DNA of 64,000 nt from assembly GCA_963663805.2 (NCBI GenBank), contig CAXXMR010000003.1:192001-256000 (forward strand), written 5' to 3'. This document shows positions 20,778-29,798 of the stretch, in pieces. The translations under genes and the position numbers were made by a program. The notes beneath the pieces were generated by a model, which was given only the letters and a program-made list of their open reading frames with translations, ran no database searches and was not told the origin of the DNA. Position 1 is the stretch's first letter. Each line of letters opens with the position of its first letter. This stretch comes from Sedimentisphaerales bacterium. Its GTDB lineage: Bacteria > Planctomycetota > Phycisphaerae > Sedimentisphaerales > SM23-30.

Positions 20778-21332
20778 ATGAAAATGCAATTACAGGTAAA
20801 AACTGCTGATTTATTAGAAAAAGGATATGTTCAGGTTTATACTGGAAACGGCAAAGGCAAAACAACAGCGGCCATCGGTCTGGCAGTTCGTGCCGCAGGT
20901 GCCGGACTTAGAGTCTTTTTTGCCCAGTTTATCAAAGGGATGCTTTATAGTGAAATTCAGGCGCTGGAGAGATTTTCAGAGCTTATTGCCGTCAAGCAAT
21001 ACGGCAGAGGGTGCTTTATCCAAAAAAATCCTGAACCACAGGACATCGAAGCGGCCTATTACGGACTTGAAGACATTATGGCGATAATGCAGGATGAAAA
21101 TTATGATGTGGTCATTCTCGATGAAGCCAATGTGGCTGTCCAATGTAATCTTATCACTGTTGACGATCTACTTAGACTTGTAGATAATAAGCCATTTGCT
21201 ATGGAACTAATTATTACCGGCAGATATGCCAAAAAGGAAATCCTGGAGGTTGCCGACCTCGTGACGGAAATGAAAGAGGTTAAACACTATTATCGAAACG
21301 GTGTTCAGGCACGAATCGGTATTGAAAAATAA
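20778..21332 (+). CDS. cobO: Cob(I)alamin adenosyltransferase (CobO/BtuR)
   Basis: YTGNGKGKTTAA, LDEAN, ITGR, ADLVTEMKEVKH. Confidence 0.95.
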   Translation: MKMQLQVKTADLLEKGYVQVYTGNGKGKTTAAIGLAVRAAGAGLRVFFAQFIKGMLYSEIQALERFSELIAVKQYGRGCFIQKNPEPQDIEAAYYGLEDIMAIMQDENYDVVILDEANVAVQCNLITVDDLLRLVDNKPFAMELIITGRYAKKEILEVADLVTEMKEVKHYYRNGVQARIGIEK

Positions 21333-21377
21333 ACCCTTTCTTCAGAGTATTTATGAGTAAAATAGTTTTTTCTGACA

Positions 21378-24170
21378 ATGAGTAAAATCTGTTTAATCGC
21401 ATGTGGGGTGTTGGCCCCGGATATCCAGCAGATTGCTGAACAGCTCGAAATTGATATCGAGATGTTTTTTCTCCAGGCTGCTCTGCATGATAATCCTAGC
21501 AAGTTGAAAAATGACCTCCAGCATGAAATTTTCAGATTAAGTGAAGACGCTGAAGTTGAGAGGATTGTAATTGGTTATGGTTTATGCGGAACAGGTACGG
21601 TAGGAATACAAGCCGGCAGCACAAAACTGGTCATACCACGTGTTCATGACTGCATTTCCCTTTTTCTTGGTTCAGACGCAGCTTATAAATATCAATTTAA
21701 AAAATACCCCGGCACTTTTTATTTTACGCAAGGCTGGATTGATAAAGATGTACAGCCTTTGTCCCAACAGGAAGCAACTGGTTGCTCTGTTGGTCCCAGA
21801 GCAATCGACGATGCAATAGCAAAGCAGCCTCAGGCTGAAAAAGAAAAACATATTCGTCAATTTTTTGATAGTTGGAAAAAAAATTATCAGCGTTCAGTTT
21901 TTATTAATACCGGAGTCGGTAATCGGAAGCAGATTGAACAATACGCTAAGAATATGGCGGCGGAAAATAATTGGGAATATGAGGAAATTAAAAGCGACAA
22001 GTCGCTGTTGGAAAGACTGCTGATCGCGGATAGAACAGATGACGATCTGCTTGTTGTGCCTCCCGGCCACGTAACGATTTATGACCCATTAAGCGAAAAG
22101 CTCGACGCCGTCACTGCCGAATACACTAACCGAAAGGCGGGTGGCGCTTCGGTCATAACCAATATCTTCGGCAAAGACGAAGAAGGGCCCACTAAAGGAT
22201 TAGGTATTGATGCCGGGGGAACATATACCGATGTAGTGGTGTTCGATTTCAGAAATCAGCATGTTCTTACAAAAGCAAAGGCACTTACGACAAAATGGAA
22301 TTATACAATAGGAATCAAACAGGCACTCGATAAAATTGATATTGAGTATTTGCGTGATATCGAACTAGTAAGTGTCTCCACGACACTTGCCACCAACGCC
22401 ATAGTCGAACATCATGGCAGAAAGGTCGGATTGTTCCTGATGCCTCCAACGGGGCCTTTCAGAGTAGATGAGATTGGTTACACGCCGGCAGCTATTGTGA
22501 AAGGAAGGATTTGCATTGAAGGATTCGTGCAGGAGAAAATTGATGCCGCACAGATAATAGTTATTGCGGATGATATGATTCGAAGCCATGATGTGAAAGC
22601 TTTCGCGGTTTCCGGATATGCCTCTACAGTTAATCCCGCCCATGAAATCGAAGTTAAAAAGCTGCTTTATGAGCATACCGGCCTGGGGGTCACATGCGGC
22701 CATGAGCTCTCCCAGCTGCTTAATTTCAAAACCCGGGCAATCACAGCGGCACTGAATGCCAGAATTATACCCTATATCGAAAGCCTGCTCGGGAATCTTC
22801 AGGTCGCTTTAAAAGCAATAGATATTGACGTCCCAATCATGGTAGTAAAAGGGGACGGTACTTTGATGAGTATGAATCTGGCAAAGGAAAGACCTGTTGA
22901 GACAATTTACTCTGGTCCGGCGGCAAGTGTTGCTGGAGCGAAAAAACTGACCGGCCAAAAAGATGCCCTTGTTGTAGATATTGGAGGAACCACAACTGAT
23001 ACCGCTTCCATTCGTAATAACTCGGTGCTTATATGTTCTGAAGGAAGCGTCGTTGCCAATGCTCATACACACATCAAAGCGCTGAGCATGCGAACCAAAG
23101 GTCTCGGAGGAGACAGCGGCATTGATATCATTCAACAGTCTCTGTCAATTGGCCCGGTGCGGGTTCATCCCTTTGCATATTTTGCACAGAAATATCCCGG
23201 AGCCGATCAGGCAATAAATTACATTGAAAAACATACAGAAAAATATATATGCGATACCAGACCCGCTCATCTGCTGGCGCTGACTGAGCATCATGAATCT
23301 TTTCCATTGGAAGAGCATGAAAAAAAGATTCTCGAAGTTCTCAATGACAGACCCTATTCGGTATATGAGTTAGCTCAGGTGTTTGGAGTTGAATATTGGG
23401 AGATGGTAAGATATCAGAATCTTTTGAATCACAACATTATCTGTAAAAGCAGCCTGACGCCGACCGATGTTCTCCATGCCATAGATAAAATGAGCCTTTG
23501 GGACCAATTAGCGGCCCAAAGAACATGTCGGATATATGCCCAAATCGCTCTTATGGAATATGAAGAATTTATTTGTCATATTCAAACTTCTTTTACAAAT
23601 GAACTTGCGAAAGAACTGTTTACAATGCTAATAAATCCGGAAGGGATGTTGGATCCAGTTGACAGCTTTCCGACAGGCAAAGAAATACTTTCAAGATGGC
23701 TGGACAGAAGCAACCATAATTTTACTCTTTCAGTAAAACTGAACTATCCTATTATCGGAATCGGTGCTCCCGCAAAGGCACTATTACCTGCTGCCGCCGA
23801 GTTTTTCAACACCAAATTAATTCTTCCGGAAGATGCCGATGTTGCCAACGCAATAGGAGCCATCACAAGTTCAATATCAATCACACATTCAATAAAACTC
23901 ACAAATGATCAAGATGGCCAATATGTTATAGAAGGGTTACCGAACAATCCATCATTTAAAAATTACAACGAAGCCCTTGATTTCGCTAATATAACACTTA
24001 TCGAAATGGTTACGAACCTGGCTCATAAAGCCGGCACGATAAATCCTTCAATTCAAACAATCGCTGAAGATCAAATTGTGACAGCCGCAAATGGAACAAA
24101 GGTATTCCTCGGAACCATAATTACCGCTTCAGTGACCGGCCGACCGACCTTGAGGGCAAGGGAATCATGA
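21378..24170 (+). CDS. DUF1638 domain fused to a hydantoinase/oxoprolinase-A-like (ASKHA) ATPase domain
   Basis: N-terminal LH..P..L, YGLCG, P..HDCI..FLG (DUF1638); then GIDAGGTYTD, STTLATNA, SGPAAS, DIGGTTTD, ANAIGA. Confidence 0.85.
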   Translation: MSKICLIACGVLAPDIQQIAEQLEIDIEMFFLQAALHDNPSKLKNDLQHEIFRLSEDAEVERIVIGYGLCGTGTVGIQAGSTKLVIPRVHDCISLFLGSDAAYKYQFKKYPGTFYFTQGWIDKDVQPLSQQEATGCSVGPRAIDDAIAKQPQAEKEKHIRQFFDSWKKNYQRSVFINTGVGNRKQIEQYAKNMAAENNWEYEEIKSDKSLLERLLIADRTDDDLLVVPPGHVTIYDPLSEKLDAVTAEYTNRKAGGASVITNIFGKDEEGPTKGLGIDAGGTYTDVVVFDFRNQHVLTKAKALTTKWNYTIGIKQALDKIDIEYLRDIELVSVSTTLATNAIVEHHGRKVGLFLMPPTGPFRVDEIGYTPAAIVKGRICIEGFVQEKIDAAQIIVIADDMIRSHDVKAFAVSGYASTVNPAHEIEVKKLLYEHTGLGVTCGHELSQLLNFKTRAITAALNARIIPYIESLLGNLQVALKAIDIDVPIMVVKGDGTLMSMNLAKERPVETIYSGPAASVAGAKKLTGQKDALVVDIGGTTTDTASIRNNSVLICSEGSVVANAHTHIKALSMRTKGLGGDSGIDIIQQSLSIGPVRVHPFAYFAQKYPGADQAINYIEKHTEKYICDTRPAHLLALTEHHESFPLEEHEKKILEVLNDRPYSVYELAQVFGVEYWEMVRYQNLLNHNIICKSSLTPTDVLHAIDKMSLWDQLAAQRTCRIYAQIALMEYEEFICHIQTSFTNELAKELFTMLINPEGMLDPVDSFPTGKEILSRWLDRSNHNFTLSVKLNYPIIGIGAPAKALLPAAAEFFNTKLILPEDADVANAIGAITSSISITHSIKLTNDQDGQYVIEGLPNNPSFKNYNEALDFANITLIEMVTNLAHKAGTINPSIQTIAEDQIVTAANGTKVFLGTIITASVTGRPTLRARES

Positions 24171-25734
24171 ATAAAAAAGCAAAATGCATATCCATATTAG
24201 GAACAGGTTCTGATCAGGTTCTGATGTTGGGAAAAGTGTTATCACTGCTGCTCTATGCCGTATATTAAATGATCAAGGTTTCAGGGTTGCTCCATTCAAA
24301 GCTCAGAATATGTCAAATAACTCTTTTGTTACAAAAAGAGGACATGAAATGGGGCGGGCACAAGTTGTTCAGGCCCAGGCCGCAAGAGTTGAAGCAACTT
24401 CCGATATGAATCCTGTATTACTCAAACCATGTACGGATACGGGAGCGCAAATCGTTCTTAATGGAAAACCGTTCGGCAATTGCCTGGCCTCAGATTATTT
24501 TGCTGACACTAATTTCCTTTCGGAAAAAGCTCTTGAAAGTCTGGTTAGATTAAGAAGTGAATATGAAGTGGTTGTTATGGAGGGAGCAGGTTCCTGTGCT
24601 GAAATAAACTTAAGGGAAAGAGATTTTGTTAATTTTAGAATTTCGCATGCAGTAGATGCTTCAGTAATTCTTGTCGCCGATATTGATAGAGGAGGTGTAT
24701 TTGCTCAAATCATCGGTACGCTGAACATCATACCGCCAGAGGATCGCAATCTGGTCAAGGGAATCATTATCAATCGTTTTCGAGGAGATGCCAAATTATT
24801 CGAAGATGGTATAAAATATATCGAACAAAAAACAAATCTGCCAGTCCTTGGCCTTGTCCCTTTTTTCTATCATATCGAAATTGACTCTGAAGACAGTATG
24901 CCTGTCGAGACAATCATCGACCCGAAAGCTGGTCCCGCAAGAAATAAAATCAATATCGCCTGTATCCGGCTTCCGCATATATCAAATTTTACAGATTTCA
25001 ATCCGCTGATCCGTGAAGATATCGTTAATTTTCATTATCTTTCGAAGCCTCGTAATCTGATTGGCTATGACTTGCTGATTTTGCCCGGTAGCAAAAATGT
25101 CAGGAACGATATGCAATGGCTGACAGAAGCCGGTTGGATTGACGCGATTATGCAATATAGAAATACCAATCGCAAAATTCTTGGAATATGTGGAGGTTAT
25201 CAAATGCTTGGATTAACCATAGATGATCCAGCAGGAATTGAAGGTCAACCGGGACAAACCAAAGGTCTTGGGCTACTAGCGGTTGAAACAAAATTGCATC
25301 ACGAAAAGATTACTACTCAAACTATTGGGGATTGGATAGGTTTTGAAAATATACATGTCACAGGTTATGAGATACATATGGGGAAAACTACCCCGGTCGG
25401 CAAAGGAAAACCGGTAGTAGCATTAGAGAGCAGAAATGCAAAAATAATTAAAGCGTTTGACGGCTGGCAAACAGAGGACGAAAGAATACAGGGAGTTTAC
25501 CTACACGGCCTATTTGATGAATCTGTTTTCAGGAGAGCTTTTTTATCGTTACTGAAACCTGAATTCGACAGCTTGGAAAATCAAACAAAATCAATATCTT
25601 TGTTGGAATTTCGAGAAAAACAGTATGACCTCCTGGCTGAACATTTTAATAAATTTGTTGACATTCAAAAAATAACTGAAATATGCAATTTAAATTCTAT
25701 TGGTGCTTACAATTATCAATTGGGAGCATTCTGA
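24167..25734 (+). pseudogene. cobQ: Cobyric acid synthase with a 5' frameshift
   Basis: ATG 24167 gives MNKKAKCISILGTGSD; an 11-bp tandem duplication then shifts the frame before VGKS...PFKAQNMSNNS. Downstream EGAGS, ISNFTDF, GICGGYQ and GYEIH motifs are intact. Confidence 0.9.
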
Positions 25735-25910
25735 TGATGCTGACTGGACTGTTGTATCAGGTGAGGCTTACCAAGGAATCTACTCCGCTCAATCTGGCGA
25801 CATAGATTATGGGCAGAAAAGCTCTATTGAATTTTCCATTGACACAACTGGATACAGTGAAATCAGTTTTCATAGAAAGGTTTCATGCGAATGTGATTGG
25901 GATTTTCTAC
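25718..25910 (+). pseudogene. Orphan fragment of a secreted-protein beta-sandwich domain
   Basis: WEHSDDADWTVVSGEAYQGIYSAQSG...ISFHRKVS.E.DWDFL looks like an internal domain of large planctomycete surface proteins; there is no signal peptide and the similarity breaks off. Confidence 0.45.
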
Positions 25911-26029
25911 ATCAAACATCAAGATGCGTTTTTGAGCAAGACAAGCCAAATTCCCATAGCCCTAGGAAGCATAAGGTATTGCATAATGGGCAATTGTGTG
26001 AGGCTAACATTTCTTCGAAGAATTGTTCT

Positions 26030-26073
26030 TTGACAAAACATTTTCACCCTGATAAAATTGCAATTATGTTGCA
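26030..26073 (+). promoter_or_regulatory. Promoter with adjacent Fur/Zur-like operator
   Basis: TTGACA (26030) - 17 nt - TAAAAT (26053), immediately followed by the palindrome TGCAA-TTATG-TTGCA (26059-26073). Confidence 0.75.
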
Positions 26074-26104
26074 TTTTTAACTAATAGAGACAGAAAAATA
26101 TAAT

Positions 26105-26536
26105 ATGGATTGCCCTGAAAAAATATTGAAAGACCATGATTTCAATTGCACTAAAATGCAAATTGCAACTCTCAATGTCCTTATTCAAACAGATCATCCT
26201 GTTGCAAGAAGGGATATTCTGCATGCTTTAGAGGACATGAATCCCGATAAGACCACGATCTATAGAATCCTCGAAAGATTTTGCGAAAAAGGCTTAGTAC
26301 ATAAAGCTTATGTTGATAAGAGGGCATGGGAATATGAACTTGCTGACAAATGTACCGACCGCCAGTGTCATCCACATTTTAAATGCACTAATTGCGGAAA
26401 AGTCACTTGCTTATTTGATGCTCATGTACCTTTAGTGGAGGGCTTGGGAGAGGAATTCATTTTTCAGCGCCAAATGATAATGATCGAAGGTATCGGACCT
26501 GAATGTTCAAAAGTTTTTTTTAAGACGTGCGAATAA
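26105..26536 (+). CDS. Fur-family transcriptional regulator (Zur-like)
   Basis: DKTTIYRIL, HPHFKCTNCG, C-terminal GIGPEC. Confidence 0.88.
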   Translation: MDCPEKILKDHDFNCTKMQIATLNVLIQTDHPVARRDILHALEDMNPDKTTIYRILERFCEKGLVHKAYVDKRAWEYELADKCTDRQCHPHFKCTNCGKVTCLFDAHVPLVEGLGEEFIFQRQMIMIEGIGPECSKVFFKTCE

Positions 26537-26823
26537 AACAGAAACAATCTTTTTCATTTATAATACTGGCAATATTCATTGCTAATATTTCAGGTGCGCT
26601 GTTTTTCTGGCACATCGCAGCAGAAGGAGGCTACGAGCATCACGATTGTGATAACTGCCCAATCTGTCAGAATACGTTTATAAATTCTGCCAAGTTCTTA
26701 AATACATCATTTGTATTAACCACCTGCATCAATATATTGGAATATGCGATTGAGTATGATTCGAACGACATGCTGACAATCCAGAGCATATCCAATATCA
26801 TGCCAAGAGCTCCACCTGTTTAA
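26527..26823 (+). CDS. DUF2946-like small protein with His/CxxC and C-terminal RAPP motif
   Basis: TM helix, EHHDCDNCPIC, ends in MPRAPPV; start overlaps the Fur gene. Confidence 0.72.
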   Translation: MRIKQKQSFSFIILAIFIANISGALFFWHIAAEGGYEHHDCDNCPICQNTFINSAKFLNTSFVLTTCINILEYAIEYDSNDMLTIQSISNIMPRAPPV

Positions 26824-27097
26824 CCTGTTTTTTCCATAAACTTCGTCAAGAATAGCTGTAGAGTGCTACAGATCAAGAGTTTGTCGCCGTGAGTGGTGCG
26901 AGGCGTATTGAAATACGTTGAGCTCCGCAAACAAGATAAAACCTTGAGATAGCGTGCTATACAACTTTGCAGTAGAAGATTTATGAAAAATGTAGGGTAA
27001 TTCCCCTCTGTATCTTTTAGCAATTATAAACCATTATACAGAGTATGCTTGTACACATATTCTGCAAACCAAACTTTAATTATGAGGAAAATAAGTA

Positions 27098-27892
27098 ATG
27101 AATCTTAAAATTGTTACCATGGTAATTTTGGCTTGTTGTGTTATTACAAATGTTAGCCTGGCAGACTGCCCGTTGGCTCATACTCACATTGGAGTCAATC
27201 CGACCTGGCGGCCTGACGGCGATCCGGTCTCAAGCGATGATAATCAACTTTGGTTCTTCTCGCTGCCGCCTGCTCATTCTGCTGGCACTCCCGGCTGGCC
27301 GAACTGGGAACAAGCCAATGGAGATGTATTCCTGCAGTTGGTACCTGTTTTAGAAAGCGGCAGTACGATCCCGAAAGGTGATGGGTCAGGAAAACAGCTT
27401 TGGACATGTCAATTCATGTACAGCAAAGCCAACGGCTATGGTGATCCGGCGGGTACGCAGCATCTTGACGGCTGGCATTCAGCTCACCCGGGTCATGGCA
27501 TGTGGAACCTAGAAAGCATCGATGAACAAACAACCCCTGATTGGGAAATTCATCTTCAACGTGAAGCAACGTCTGTTGCCTCAGATGATTTCTTTATGCT
27601 TTTACCCAATGACACGGCTGTTCTAACCACTGACGGATCTAATTACCAGCTGAATAAAATGTGGCTTTCGGATAAAAATGCCTGGGGAATTCATGAGCAC
27701 ATGAGTTTTAATTTCTGGCTTACGCCGGATATTGGCCAGGAAGTTACCGCAACTTTTTCGGCTTATGATGCAGGAGGCCTGTACACGGCATCCGATGATT
27801 TTGATTTTGCCTTTGTAACGGTTCCCGAACCTACATCTTTGCTGCTTTTCAGCTTTGGAGTAATCCCCCTGCTAAGAAAGAAGCAGAAATAA
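27098..27892 (+). CDS. His-rich PEP-CTERM surface protein, putative metal (Zn/Ni/Co) binder
   Basis: Signal peptide, HTH, HSAHPGH and HEH clusters, VPEP-TM-RKKQK. Confidence 0.78.
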   Translation: MNLKIVTMVILACCVITNVSLADCPLAHTHIGVNPTWRPDGDPVSSDDNQLWFFSLPPAHSAGTPGWPNWEQANGDVFLQLVPVLESGSTIPKGDGSGKQLWTCQFMYSKANGYGDPAGTQHLDGWHSAHPGHGMWNLESIDEQTTPDWEIHLQREATSVASDDFFMLLPNDTAVLTTDGSNYQLNKMWLSDKNAWGIHEHMSFNFWLTPDIGQEVTATFSAYDAGGLYTASDDFDFAFVTVPEPTSLLLFSFGVIPLLRKKQK

Positions 27893-28660
27893 ATGCAACG
27901 TGTAAATAAAGATGGTTACAACCGGGGCAGTCTAGGCTGTCCCGGTTGTAATGCTATTTTCTGCCAATCCAGAGGGTTTACTTTGGTTGAACTTTTGGTA
28001 GTAGTTGCAATCATTGCACTGCTGGTAAGTATCTTACTGCCTGCCCTAGGCCAGGCGAGGAAGCAAGCCAAAAAACTTGTATGCTCCAGCAATATGAGAC
28101 AAATTGGAATTGCAATTAACGCATACACAATCGATAGTAAAAACCATCTTCCTCCAAGTTCCTGTCGTATCTCGGATCCGGACCAGTACTGGCTTAAGGT
28201 TTTGTCAGATTATATAGATGGACAATTGCTGTTTCACTGCCCAAGCGATAAAGCCAATAACTTTGTCGATTGGGACAAACCTTTAATTAAACAGAAGGAT
28301 AAACGATATTCAAGTTTTTCTGTCAATGCTCTTTTAGACCCAGTTTGTTATAGATATGGGCATTCCGCAAACAGTTATAATCTGGTAGATAAAATCCGCA
28401 GGCCCATGAGCTGTATTTGGATAAGTGAAGCACCAAACACGGAAGCTTTTCTGTTGGCCGACCACATTCATCCGGAATCGTGGGAAGGGTCAGTTGATTA
28501 TGCGAAAACATTTATCGCATGGGATCGTCATATGGGAAAATCGAATTATCTTTTTGCGGACGGGCATGTTGAAACACTGGAATTTGAAGAAACATACCAA
28601 TGGCCCCGTACATGCTATTGGTACCCAGAATCGGCCCCAGCATGGCCTGACAATCCGTAA
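27893..28660 (+). CDS. Prepilin-type / H-X9-DG protein, Fur/Zur cassette
   Basis: [26 protein letters not shown]; extra DHIH motif. Confidence 0.9.
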   Translation: MQRVNKDGYNRGSLGCPGCNAIFCQSRGFTLVELLVVVAIIALLVSILLPALGQARKQAKKLVCSSNMRQIGIAINAYTIDSKNHLPPSSCRISDPDQYWLKVLSDYIDGQLLFHCPSDKANNFVDWDKPLIKQKDKRYSSFSVNALLDPVCYRYGHSANSYNLVDKIRRPMSCIWISEAPNTEAFLLADHIHPESWEGSVDYAKTFIAWDRHMGKSNYLFADGHVETLEFEETYQWPRTCYWYPESAPAWPDNP

Positions 28661-28685
28661 CCCAAAAACCCTAAGGGACAACAAT

Positions 28686-29471
28686 ATGAAAAAACATATA
28701 TTTTTTTTCTTAATACTTACTTTGTCATTACTGAATGTTCAGGTTTATGGCGAATGTTCACTTGATCACTTTATCATTGGCATAAACGAGGACAGTATTT
28801 CCGGTACTGATGATGACAATAAACTGTTCGTTGACTGTTGGCAAAAATATCGCCGTAGTGGTACGCCTTCATATGTTAACTGGTATTACCCTCTCTCCGA
28901 AAGTATCTTTTCCGGTTATAAATGGCGAATTGGTGAACCTGGATTTGATGGTTTCCAGGGAAGCAATCCTAATGGCGGCTACACTTATGACCCCAACCGA
29001 TGTCTTGTCGGAACACCCGATCAGGATTACAGGATAATGATTGAATGTATTTCAATTTCTTCTGGTTTAAAGGCGGTCCATAAAGATATTCCCCAATTTA
29101 CGATTGACCAGGCTGGCCAGTCTTTTAATCTCAGCAGTATTCATGGCGGTGATCCTCATATGCATTTTTCTTATCGAGCGGTTGATGGAACCAGTTTATT
29201 TTGGATTACATGGCAAATGTATGATGCCCTGGGCCAATATGAACCTTCAGAGCCTTTCACTATAGTATTTAACACTGAACCATTGGCGGGCGATTTGGTC
29301 GTGGATGGCACGGTAGATATTAACGACCTGACCGCACTTAGTTACTATTGGCTCAGAGATGAAGGCTCGATCAGCAATGATTATTATGAACGAGCCGACT
29401 CAAACCGGGATGGAAAGGTAAACTTGCTGGATTTTGCCATACTCGCTTCAAACTGGCTTGAAACACTTTGA
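28686..29471 (+). CDS. Secreted dockerin-like protein sharing the N-domain of 27098
   Basis: Start at MKKHIFF (signal peptide). CxLxHxxIGxN...DDNxL...HxHxS...YDAxGxY is shared with 27098; two dockerin-like repeats at the C-terminus. Confidence 0.78.
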   Translation: MKKHIFFFLILTLSLLNVQVYGECSLDHFIIGINEDSISGTDDDNKLFVDCWQKYRRSGTPSYVNWYYPLSESIFSGYKWRIGEPGFDGFQGSNPNGGYTYDPNRCLVGTPDQDYRIMIECISISSGLKAVHKDIPQFTIDQAGQSFNLSSIHGGDPHMHFSYRAVDGTSLFWITWQMYDALGQYEPSEPFTIVFNTEPLAGDLVVDGTVDINDLTALSYYWLRDEGSISNDYYERADSNRDGKVNLLDFAILASNWLETL

Positions 29472-29798
29472 AGTGACCCAATTGATTTATCAATACATAA
29501 TATTTTGACTCTTAAGCCGATATTACTACCTGGACAGTTTGTACTGTATCCCGGAACCCGCTTGTGACCTAAATATTAGTATCCCAAAACAATATTACTA
29601 TTCAAATATATTTTCACACTTTTCCGTTTTTTGGCGAATATTCTTTAGGCTTCAGTAGCTGCTCAACCGGAAAAAATTGAAAATATCTGCGTCTCGAATA
29701 CTTCTTTGAGCGAAACTGCAATAAACAATCCTGGAAAAAAAGTCTAACTCATGGAAATAAACATTATTACCGGGATCAGAAAGCCCCAGTTTATATTA

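Noticed and set aside
28425..28685. 87-aa N-terminal extension of the dockerin gene
   Set aside because: Overlaps the pilin gene; the signal peptide starts at 28686.
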